From positions 352,001 through 416,000 of the forward strand of contig CAWFGE010000020.1 of the NCBI GenBank assembly GCA_963815195.1: a stretch of 64,000 nucleotides of DNA. The letters run 5' to 3'. How positions within the stretch are numbered: the stretch's first letter is position 1; every line of letters begins with the position of its first letter. Source of the stretch: an uncultured Planctomycetaceae bacterium. GTDB lineage: Bacteria > Planctomycetota > Planctomycetia > Planctomycetales > Planctomycetaceae. The notes below the pieces were generated by a model that had not been told where the DNA came from, searched no databases, and worked only from the letters and a program-made list of their open reading frames with translations. The translations under genes and the position numbers were made by a program. Below, piece by piece: positions 43,578-52,030 of this stretch.

Positions 43578-45224
43578 ATGAATCGCCGCGAGCTACTCAC
43601 CGCATTTTTAGGACTGCCGATCGCGATGGCGGGATGCCGGCGGAGCGGGAACGCAGCGGTTCCCATTCCGCCGGGCGAATTGGTCGGGGCTTCCGTGGGG
43701 ATTGGACATCGGCTGCGGGATGGTTTTCGGGCGGAGGTTCCCGAAGAAAACTGGCAACGGCGGAAAGTGGTGATCGTCGGAGCGGGCATGGCGGGATTGT
43801 CCGCGGCCCGCAGACTCCGGCGGGGCGGGGTCGAGGATTTCTCGATCCTGGAACTCGAACCACAGCCTGGGGGCACGTCGCAGTTCGGGAAATCCAAAGA
43901 AGCCGTGGTCCAATATCCCTGGGGAGCCCATTACCTCCCGGCCCCGACGAAAGACAATCCCGACTTGGTCGAGCTGTTGGAGGAAATGCACATTCTGGAA
44001 GGCCGGTCCGACGGCGGCGATCCGATCGTGGCCGAGCAGTTCCTCTGCCGGGATCCAGAGGAAAGAATCTTTTATCAGGGGAAGTGGTACGAGGGTCTGT
44101 ATCCGGGCATTGATGCTTCTGAAGACGACCTTCGGCAGTTCCAGGCGTTCCAGGCAGAGATCGACCGCTGGGCCGGTTGGCGGGACGAGCGAGGCCGGCG
44201 GGCGTTCGCGCTGCCGCGGGCGCTGAGTTCCGATGATGCCGAGGTCACGGGGCTCGATCGGCTGAGCATGGCGGATTGGCTCAAACAGCGAGGCTGGGAT
44301 TCGCCCAAGCTCCGCTGGTGGGTGGATTATGCGTGCCGGGATGATTATGGACTGCATTTGGATCAAACCAGCGCCTGGGCCGGGGTATTTTATTTCGTCT
44401 CCCGCAAGCCCGAACCGGGCCAACCCACGCGGCCGTTCATCACCTGGCCCGAAGGCAACGGGCGGATTGTGAAGCATCTTATGGCCGGTTTGAAGGATCG
44501 CCTGGAAACCGGCTGGGCGGTGCTGGATGTCAACCCGGTCGAGCGGGACGGAAAACCCGGCGTGGATGTGATTGCCATAAACCACGAAGGCACAAACGCC
44601 CGCGGCCTTCATGCCGACCGCGTCATCTTCGCGGCCCCGCAGTTTTTGGTGCCTTACATCCTCCGGCCTTACCGCGACAAGCCACCTGGGCACATTAAAT
44701 CCTTTGGTTACGGTTCCTGGGCGGTGGCGAATTTGATTCTGAAGGACCGGCCCGCCGAGGACAATGGCTTTCCCTTGTGCTGGGACAATGTATTTTACCA
44801 AAGCCAATCCTTGGGCTACGTTTCCGCGACGCATCAGCGGGGACTGGATTACGGGCCGACGGTGTTTACGTGGTATTATCCGCTGTGCGACGAGAATCCC
44901 CTTAAGGCCCGCGAGCGATTGCTGAGCGCCAACCGCGAAGAATGGGCGGAGATCGCGCTCGCCGACATCGCATCCGCCCATCCGGAGATTCGCAATCTGA
45001 CGGAGCGGTTGGATGTGATGCGCTGGGGCCATGCAATGGTTCGCCCCGTTCCCGGTTTCGCCTGGAGCACCGCACGAAGCGAGGCCGCGAAACCATTCCG
45101 GGGCATTCACTTCGCCCACTCCGACCTCAGCGGGCTTGCGCTGTTTGAAGAGGCGTTCTACCAAGGCAACCGCGCCGCGGCGGAAATTCTCAACGAATGG
45201 AAAACAGGCGGGCGGCCGGCGTAA
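43578..45224 (+). CDS. FAD-dependent oxidoreductase (flavin amine oxidase-like), Tat/lipoprotein signal
   Basis: MNRRELL...MAGC, IVGAGMAGLSAA, YPWGAHY, WGHAM, FAHSDLSG..LFEEA. Confidence 0.88.
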   Translation: MNRRELLTAFLGLPIAMAGCRRSGNAAVPIPPGELVGASVGIGHRLRDGFRAEVPEENWQRRKVVIVGAGMAGLSAARRLRRGGVEDFSILELEPQPGGTSQFGKSKEAVVQYPWGAHYLPAPTKDNPDLVELLEEMHILEGRSDGGDPIVAEQFLCRDPEERIFYQGKWYEGLYPGIDASEDDLRQFQAFQAEIDRWAGWRDERGRRAFALPRALSSDDAEVTGLDRLSMADWLKQRGWDSPKLRWWVDYACRDDYGLHLDQTSAWAGVFYFVSRKPEPGQPTRPFITWPEGNGRIVKHLMAGLKDRLETGWAVLDVNPVERDGKPGVDVIAINHEGTNARGLHADRVIFAAPQFLVPYILRPYRDKPPGHIKSFGYGSWAVANLILKDRPAEDNGFPLCWDNVFYQSQSLGYVSATHQRGLDYGPTVFTWYYPLCDENPLKARERLLSANREEWAEIALADIASAHPEIRNLTERLDVMRWGHAMVRPVPGFAWSTARSEAAKPFRGIHFAHSDLSGLALFEEAFYQGNRAAAEILNEWKTGGRPA

Positions 45225-45233
45225 GCCGGCCGG
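45207..45233. repeat. REP-like palindrome family B overlapping a stop codon
   Basis: ggcgggcggccggcgTAAgccggccgg; the loop TAA is the oxidoreductase stop. Confidence 0.65.
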
Positions 45234-45310
45234 TTGTTGGCAATCGCTATGATGCGCGCCGACGAATGTCGAAGCTCGAATTCGAGATGTGTAATAGGTC
45301 CCCGTAGAAA

Positions 45311-45347
45311 AACTCACCCCAGCGGAATCTCGCCGCTGGGGTGAGTT
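45311..45347. terminator. Bidirectional intrinsic terminator
   Basis: Perfect 15-bp stem aactcaccccagcgg/ccgctggggtgagtt between convergent genes, with A/T-rich flanks. Confidence 0.8.
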
Positions 45348-45432
45348 GTTGGTTTTGGAGCTTCGACTCAGAAATCATTCTTCGGGCAAACGCAATGCGG
45401 GGACAATGCGTTCCCGCGGATAACGGGCGGGC

Positions 45433-45597
45433 GGGTGGCTGGGGCGCAATGGAATATTCCAAGGAAAAAGCAGATTTGAGGTCTGGGGCCGTGTGAAATT
45501 TTTCTCGCTCGGCCATAGCCCCAGCATTCACAGTTCAAGCCTTACTCCAAGGGGAATTTGCGCCCAGCCACCCAAACGCTTACAGTTTGAGTTATTA
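45433..45597. repeat. Family D element, copy 3 (diverged)
   Basis: Same inverted repeats, inner hairpin and tail (aaacgcttacagtttgagttatta); same orientation as copies 1 and 2. Confidence 0.88.
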
Positions 45598-45616
45598 TTG
45601 GAGGATTCAGAGATTA

Positions 45617-48025
45617 TTACTCTCGCAAACGCATCCTGGGAACAATGCGTTCTCGAGGATAGCGCGCGAGAAAGGTTTTGAAATCGACGGGGAAAGATAG
45701 CTGAATGCTCCGTGTTTGAAATCCTTTGCGGATGGCATTGCTGGCCCCCCATTCTTCTTGGTCGAGCGTCTTGTCATTGTTTTTATCGAGTCTCGGAAAA
45801 ACAAAAGCTGCTTCGGCGGCGGCGCTGGGCTTCTCGGCGTTTTCATCATCGTCGCCATCATCATCATCGCCTTCTTCTTCGCGGTCGCCTTCCCGCTTTT
45901 CGCGAGCTTCTTCACGGGCTTTTTCGAGGCGTTCCTGATCGCCTTCGCGCTCGGCCCCTTCGCGGCGTTCGCCTTCGGCCCCTTCGCGACTGACGCGAGC
46001 GCGTCCGCCTTCACGGATCTCGATTCGGAATCGCTGGCCTTCGCCTTTGATTTCCCGCTCGGCCCCTTCGCGGCGTTCGCCTTCGCGTTCTCGTTCCGCG
46101 CCTTCACGGCGTTCGCCTTCCCGTTCCCGTTCCGCGCCTTCACGGCGTTCGCCTTCCCGTTCCCGTTCCGCCCCTTCGCGGCGTTCGCCTTCCCGTTCGG
46201 GGCGTCGGACTTCGGGGCGGACAATGCGGGGCGGTTCGCCCTTGCGAAGCTCAAGCCGGACGCCGCCTTCACGCATCGGGCCGACGCCGGGACGGGGGCC
46301 GCGGGCTTCGCGGAGTTCACGGACTTCCTGGCGGAGTTGTTCGACTTCGCGGCGGAGATCGCGGATGGCTTCGAGCAATTCCCCTTGCGGGCCGGGCCGG
46401 AAATCGCCTTCGCGACCGCGGGGCCGATCGCCGTCGCGCGGGCCTTCGCCTTCCCGCGGACCTTCTCCATCCCGGCGGAAACCGCGCACTCCCGGCGGGA
46501 ACGGTCCCCGCGGTCCTGCGCCGTCACGCGAACGCGGCGGGAATTGCGGAGGCCGGCGCGGTCCTGCGCCTTCGCGCGGCGGCTGGTCGCCGTCGCGCGG
46601 ACCTTCACCGCGCGGCCGGTCGCCGTCGCGCGGACCTTCACCGCGCGGCCGATCGCCGTCGCGCGGACCTTCACCGCGCGGCCGGTCGCCGTCGCGCCGA
46701 GCGTCAGGCCGGTCACGATCGCCGCGTTCCCTGTCGCCGCGCTCGCGGTCGCCGTCTTCATCGTCGTCGGCTTGGGCCACGAGCTTGTCATCATCGCCCG
46801 CGGCTTTGGCGGGGAGCATCATCGCCCCCACCCACAAGCCCGCCGGGATCGCGAGCACCAACGCGCCCGCGAGAAGCCGCGACGCCGCGCCCGTCCGCGG
46901 GGTGTCGCCTAAAATATGCCGAACACGTTCGAGCAGCACCATGTTCTTACCTCCCATTCCAGTTGCCAGGATCGGACCAACAAGTTTCGCCGGGCGGTTC
47001 GCGGTTTGAAGCTCCGCGACGACCGCCAGCGTTTTCACATATTGCAAAGGGTCTCCCGTGAGAGACGCCGCCCAGAAGTCGGCACACTTTTCGCGTTCCC
47101 GGTCCATCTGCCGCGAAAGCCACCACACGGCTGGGTGATAAAACAGCCAGGCTTCCAACACCCGCTGAAACAAATTCGCCCACGCATCAAAGCGGCGGAT
47201 GTGCGCGAGCTCGTGGGCCAAGACGGATTCCAAAACGCCGGGCGGAAGCTTCAAGAGCCACGCCGCCGGAAGCACAATCATCGGCCGGAACAGTCCCAGC
47301 GAAAAGGCATCGCCGGCTTGGAACGAGGCCGCCAATCGCGGCGGACGGGCCAAGCCGAGTTGATGCGATAAACGCTCCAACAGTTTCAGGGATTGGAGAT
47401 CGGTGACGGGCAGTGAAGACCAGCGGCACCAAAGCACCGTGCCCACTCCGCCCAACAACCGCATCCCGAAAATCATCACCCCCAAAAACCAACCGCCGAG
47501 TAGCATAGGCGTCAGCAGATTTTGAGATTCCGTCTGCGAAGGCTCCTGAAACGTTGAAGCTGTCGGTGCCAATTTCGCTGAAGGTTTGGATGCCGGCGAC
47601 GAAAGGGATTCCTGATTCTGGTCCCCTCTCCCCTTGGGAGAGCCACCCTGCGGGCGGTGTCCGGTTAGGGTGACGGGGCCTTCAGATTGAACATGCTGGA
47701 ACGAATCGTTCCGCGCACTGCCCGAAGAGTCATCCAGCGGATTTGCCAGCGGATGTTCTTCTTTGGAGAGAATCGCCAAAGTCGCCGGTGCCCTGTCCTT
47801 TGGCTGCGGAACTTCGACGAGCCAAAAAGTCGCGGCCATCGCGGCGGGCATCGTTAACAAGCCCGCCATGCCGAGGGCATACCGCGCGCGGGCGGAGTGC
47901 ACCGCGAAGAGTTTGACGACCGTCCAATACAGCCACGCGATCAACAGACCCTGCCACAGGAAGTGCAGATGCATCGCCGCCAGTCTCGGCCAGAGGGGCT
48001 GCGCGAAAAACGCGGGTCCGCTCAT
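45617..48025 (-). CDS. BlaR1/M56 metallopeptidase with R/E/G/D-rich repeat region and EF-hand-like C-terminus
   Basis: HFLWQG, HELAHIRRFD, FYHPAVWW, EREKCAD; repeats GDRPRGEGPRD and REGERREGAERE; LDKNNDKTLDQEE. Confidence 0.9.
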   Translation of the reverse strand: MSGPAFFAQPLWPRLAAMHLHFLWQGLLIAWLYWTVVKLFAVHSARARYALGMAGLLTMPAAMAATFWLVEVPQPKDRAPATLAILSKEEHPLANPLDDSSGSARNDSFQHVQSEGPVTLTGHRPQGGSPKGRGDQNQESLSSPASKPSAKLAPTASTFQEPSQTESQNLLTPMLLGGWFLGVMIFGMRLLGGVGTVLWCRWSSLPVTDLQSLKLLERLSHQLGLARPPRLAASFQAGDAFSLGLFRPMIVLPAAWLLKLPPGVLESVLAHELAHIRRFDAWANLFQRVLEAWLFYHPAVWWLSRQMDREREKCADFWAASLTGDPLQYVKTLAVVAELQTANRPAKLVGPILATGMGGKNMVLLERVRHILGDTPRTGAASRLLAGALVLAIPAGLWVGAMMLPAKAAGDDDKLVAQADDDEDGDRERGDRERGDRDRPDARRDGDRPRGEGPRDGDRPRGEGPRDGDRPRGEGPRDGDQPPREGAGPRRPPQFPPRSRDGAGPRGPFPPGVRGFRRDGEGPREGEGPRDGDRPRGREGDFRPGPQGELLEAIRDLRREVEQLRQEVRELREARGPRPGVGPMREGGVRLELRKGEPPRIVRPEVRRPEREGERREGAEREREGERREGAEREREGERREGAEREREGERREGAEREIKGEGQRFRIEIREGGRARVSREGAEGERREGAEREGDQERLEKAREEAREKREGDREEEGDDDDGDDDENAEKPSAAAEAAFVFPRLDKNNDKTLDQEEWGASNAIRKGFQTRSIQLSFPVDFKTFLARYPRERIVPRMRLRE

Positions 48026-48423
48026 GGGATGTCCTCCCGGTGCGATTCATAAGCGGCAATCGCTTCGCGGATGGCGTCGAGTTCCTCTTCACTGGGGCTG
48101 GCCTGATTGAGCAAATGCGTGACCAGCGAACTCGTCGAGCCGTCGAAGGCCCGCTTCCACAAATCGCCCACCATGCCGGACAGGGTTTTCTCGCGGGGCA
48201 GCTTGGCGGCGTACAAAAACGCCCGGCCCCGCCTCGTCCGCGAGAGCAGTTTCTTGTCGGCCATCACGTTGAGCAAACTCATCACCGATGTGTAGGCCCG
48301 ATCCTTGTCGCGTTCCCGCAGCTCTTCCATCACGTCGCGCACCGTCAAAGGTCCGGAGTCCCAGAGAATCTTGAGAATCTCCAATTCCGCCGGCGTCGGA
48401 TGTTGCGTCTTGGGCCTGGGCAT
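48022..48423 (-). CDS. BlaI/MecI/CopY family repressor
   Basis: PTPAELEILKILW, AYTSVMSLL, AFDGSTSSLV; overlaps the M56 start. Confidence 0.93.
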   Translation of the reverse strand: MPRPKTQHPTPAELEILKILWDSGPLTVRDVMEELRERDKDRAYTSVMSLLNVMADKKLLSRTRRGRAFLYAAKLPREKTLSGMVGDLWKRAFDGSTSSLVTHLLNQASPSEEELDAIREAIAAYESHREDIP

Positions 48424-48474
48424 ATCGATCACCATCCCATCCCGTTGCGAATGCGTTCTTTTGCCATGCTTCCG

Positions 48475-48502
48475 ATAATACGGATAAAACCGTATTTGTC
48501 AA
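48475..48502 (-). promoter_or_regulatory. blaI promoter with overlapping palindrome
   Basis: TTGACA-16-TATTAT on the minus strand; AATACGG-N6-CCGTATT at 48477-48496. Confidence 0.65.
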
Positions 48503-48529
48503 CGGTAAAAACAGTAGACTTGCGGGGCA

Positions 48530-48660
48530 CAGGCCGCAAAGGAGCAAAGGCCACAAAGGGGAAGGCAAAAAACAGAGAGCGGAGAGCCGCACATGGAATC
48601 GGCTCTCCGCTCTGTTTTTCACTTTGTCCCTATGTGGCCTCTGTAGGCTTTTGTGGCCTG
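48530..48660. terminator. Long nested hairpin / terminator after the DUF1559 gene
   Basis: Inner stem aaaaacagag..cggagagccg / cggctctccgctctgttttt; outer arms of 8-9 bp periodic ggccacaaa repeats. Confidence 0.7.
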
Positions 48661-48664
48661 GAAA

Positions 48665-49717
48665 CTAGAACGCGCCGAGCGGTTCTTTGTCCTTGGGATT
48701 GCAGAGGCGGCGGATGGTGTGGCGGTTGATGTTTTCGGAAATGAAGTGCACGCTCCCGTCGCCCAACAGAGCGTGGCAGCCGCCGGTGTGCTGGCTGAAC
48801 GGCTCATCGTTGGGGCCGCAGTTGTTTGTGGCCCAAGGGCATCCCGCGGGGCCGCCGTCGGGAGTGGGGTTGTTGTTGATGATGTTGTTGGAACCCGATC
48901 CCAAGTTGGGGGGTCCGGACACGCCGCTGCCGTTGTCCGGGTCGGCCCAGCGGTTGGGAGCCCCATAGGGCCCGCCAAACGAGCCGGGGACCTGGTCGGC
49001 GGTGGCGAACAACTGGCTCTGATCGATGCCAAAACCGCTGCCGCCCAAGAGCCGTGCGCCCTGGTTGTAATGCCCGGCCGTTTGAGTGGGCCGACCGGCG
49101 TCTTCGATCACCAGCACGGTATTGCTCAGCCCGTCCACGACATACGCCATGGGGTTACAGAAGCCCAAGGCCCCGCCGCGGTCGGCCCCCAAACTGCCCC
49201 CGCCGCTCGGATTCCGCAATCCGGTGACCGGGTCGATGTCTACATAGGCGACCGGCATGTAGTCGGTGTTCCCGTAGCCCAGGCCGTCGACTTGGGTGGT
49301 CGCGTTCGACGGGCACAGATAGATGGAAATCGGCGTCTTGGCGAGCGTCTGGTTGGCGGCGTTGGTGTAGTGGACTTCTTTGTTCCAGCGCTGGAAGATC
49401 GCCGCCTGGTCCACGAAGGACAAAATCGCGGTGTGCATCGAGACGGGGAACATCTTGCGCGTGATGTTTTTCTCATCCGTGCTTTCGCCGGAAGACGGGA
49501 GCCGCTTGTAAGTTGTGTTGTATGTATGGATGGCGATGCCGATTTGCTTGAGATTGTTTTTACACTGGGACTGCCGGGCGGCTTCCCGGGCCTGCTGCAC
49601 GGCGGGCAACAATAACGCGATCAGAATGGCGATGATGGCGATAACCACCAGCAGCTCGATGAGGGTAAACCCTCGCGAGCGGAACCGGTTTTTCAGCGCG
49701 GGGGATTTCGGGTTCAT
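48665..49717 (-). CDS. DUF1559 (SBP_bac_10) prepilin-type N-terminal cleavage/methylation protein
   Basis: [48 protein letters not shown]9-DG motif ([14 protein letters not shown]). Confidence 0.95.
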   Translation of the reverse strand: MNPKSPALKNRFRSRGFTLIELLVVIAIIAILIALLLPAVQQAREAARQSQCKNNLKQIGIAIHTYNTTYKRLPSSGESTDEKNITRKMFPVSMHTAILSFVDQAAIFQRWNKEVHYTNAANQTLAKTPISIYLCPSNATTQVDGLGYGNTDYMPVAYVDIDPVTGLRNPSGGGSLGADRGGALGFCNPMAYVVDGLSNTVLVIEDAGRPTQTAGHYNQGARLLGGSGFGIDQSQLFATADQVPGSFGGPYGAPNRWADPDNGSGVSGPPNLGSGSNNIINNNPTPDGGPAGCPWATNNCGPNDEPFSQHTGGCHALLGDGSVHFISENINRHTIRRLCNPKDKEPLGAF

Positions 49718-49932
49718 TCAAACACTCCTGAGGTTCTCGAACGAAGAAGCAGACCTACCGTTGCCGCACCTTGCGGCGAGGTGTTCACACAAAACAGTTT
49801 CAAAGTGAAGTCGGATTGAGGACGCCCCGGGCTCACGATCAATGCTTCATGGCGAGTTGGACATCCCACGAGATTTTGAGGCGGGGTTTTATGGAGGGAA
49901 AAAGCCGGCCCGTTTGCCAAACGCGTCGGGAG

Positions 49933-50336
49933 CATGTTAAGGCCGGATTGTTTAGGTTTTATGAACGAAAGGTGAAGTCTAAAGGAAATTCCCGGTCCAA
50001 CGTTTTGGGAGCGCGGTGCGCGTTTGGTCTTCGTTCGGCGATCGCCCCTGGCTGCGGGGAAACTCCGCGGGCGGTTTTCCGTTTTCGCCCAAGTCGCGCT
50101 CAAAACCATCGGGAATTCATCTTTCATTCAAGCGCCGCGCCGAACTTTGCCGTAGAGGATCGTCGGGATTGTGCCGCTGTGAAGAAGGATCAAATCAATT
50201 TGCGTGTATCAGAAAGGTCACCGTGTTGAGGTTCATGAAACCTTCCCCAGGAACGGCGGGAGGCATTTCCCCCGGTGATTCTCTAGCGCGGACATGCTAG
50301 GTGGGGAATGTGTGGTTTTTATGAAGGAAAGGTGAA
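49933..50336 (-). promoter_or_regulatory. Duplicated 44-bp promoter-like module with 11-bp periodic TTCAC/TTCAT boxes
   Basis: Copies at 49933-49976 and 50293-50336 (34/44 identical), each followed on the minus strand by TA(A/G)CAT. Confidence 0.55.
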
Positions 50337-50656
50337 TAGCTGAAGAATCTGAAACCGCGTTTCGGCCGGCCGCCGCGTCCAGCGGATCGCGGCGGACCAA
50401 TCGGCGCAAACCGTTCCGCCGCCGCCATCCTTCTTCCCGGCAATTCCGGGAGAAAATCGCGTGACCTGGAGATTTTGACGTTTCGACCCGCGTCGGGGCA
50501 CATCGCGGAGAGATCTATTCACTAAACTTTCGTGTCGGCAAGGTGAACGTTCCGCTTTCGGTCTGCGATTGCGCGGACGCGGCATTCGCAAACGGAACCG
50601 TCCTTCTCACTTTTCATTTCCTTCGCCCACATCTCTTCGATCGAATCGATCTCGCA

Positions 50657-51952
50657 ATGACGTCTTCATCCGCCGATTACAAATGTGTGCCGATTACCAC
50701 GCTTCGCATGGGGACGACGCTCAAGGAGCCGATCTTTGAAGCCGACAGCGCGCCGGAAAAGATCTGTTGCTGCTCGCCGCCGGTCATCAACTCACGCAGA
50801 ACGTGGTGGACCAGTTGGTGAAGCGGGGGATTTCGGAGGTGCGGGTTTCGCTGCGCGAGCTCGAGCGGTTGTCCAAACCTCAAGGCTCGCTCGCCGAACG
50901 AAACCCCGCCGCGGCGGCGGCGGTGAAACGGGCAAGCCAAGAAGAGTTCCGCGACGCCGTCGAACGGTTCAGCATTTCGCCGCAGTCGCATCTTCATCAC
51001 GTGAAGCGGCACGGGGCCATCACCTACCCGCCGGCCGGCATCGAGAAAGTCTTGGACAACTACCAAAAGACCACCGATCAGGTCGATATGCTCTTGGACG
51101 GATTATGCCAGGGCAACATGCCGAGTTCGGCCCAGATGGCGGGGGCTTCGCAAGAGTCGTTGGACCTCATCGCCGACGACATCGATTTGGTGGTCGCATT
51201 GGGCCTGAACCCGGCCGACGAACTTTATTCCTCCCAGCATAGCCTGCAGACGGCGATGCTCGCGATGGCGGTCGGAACGACCCTCGGGCTCAAGCGAGAC
51301 GAACTGGTGGAACTGGGCATCGGCTGCCTGGTCCACGACGCGGGCATGCGGTTCGTTCCGCAGGAACTCATCCAGGCGAACCGAAAGCTCACGGACATCG
51401 AGTTTTTGGAAATCACCAAGCATCCCATCATCACGTTCGAGCTTCTGCAGAACACGCCCGACGTGCCCACCGGCTCGCGGATGGTCGCCTATCAAATGCA
51501 CGAGCGACTCAACGGCACGGGCTACCCCCGCCAGCGGCACGGCACGCAAATCCATCCGCTGGCCCGCATCGCCATGGTCGCGGACACCTTCGTGGCCATG
51601 GTCTCGCCCCGCCCCCATCGCCTCGGCATGCTGCCTTACAAAGTCATGCAGTACATGCTCCTGGCGGTGAAGCACGGGCTGTTCGACGCCAACGTCGTGC
51701 GGGGACTCCTGCAAACCACGTCGCTGTTTCCGATCGGATCTTATGTGGAACTCAACGACGGCCGCACGGCCCGGGTCGTCCGCGCCCATCGGGAATTATT
51801 CAATAAGCCCGTTGTGGAAATCGAGGCCTGAAAGCTCGGCCGGGGATCCGGAACTCATCGACACCGCGGCCGAGTCGGATTGCGAGATCGTCCGCGCTCT
51901 GCCCCTGCCGTCCCTGCGGATTAAAGACACCGTCTTCGCCACCGCCGGTTAA
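50657..51952 (+). CDS. HD-GYP domain c-di-GMP phosphodiesterase-like protein (frameshifts near 50760 and 51830)
   Basis: VHDAG, HERLNGTGYP, VADTFVAM..PRPHR, SLFPIGSYVELNDG; main ORF 50767-51831. Confidence 0.85.
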
Positions 51953-52030
51953 AAACACGGCGATAGACATGATGAAACGTGTTGTGCTTCCGATTTCCAG
52001 CGGAATACATCCAGCATTGCGCACGGTGAT

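Noticed and set aside
43360..43581. 73-aa ORF starting MNRRELLTAFL
   Set aside because: By-product of the duplicated gene start reading through the repeat element; not supported as a gene.
43192..45597. Family D elements as integron attC sites or CRISPR repeats
   Set aside because: The tail GTTAGAG is only GTTRRRY-like, there is no consistent RYYYAAC inverse core, no integron integrase or cas genes, and the repeats are too long for CRISPR.
45607..46912. 395- and 398-aa ORFs overlapping the M56 repeat tract
   Set aside because: They are open only because the tandem repeats lack stop codons.
50340..50656. c-di-GMP riboswitch upstream of the HD-GYP gene
   Set aside because: No recognisable class I or II consensus by eye; an Infernal/Rfam scan would be needed.
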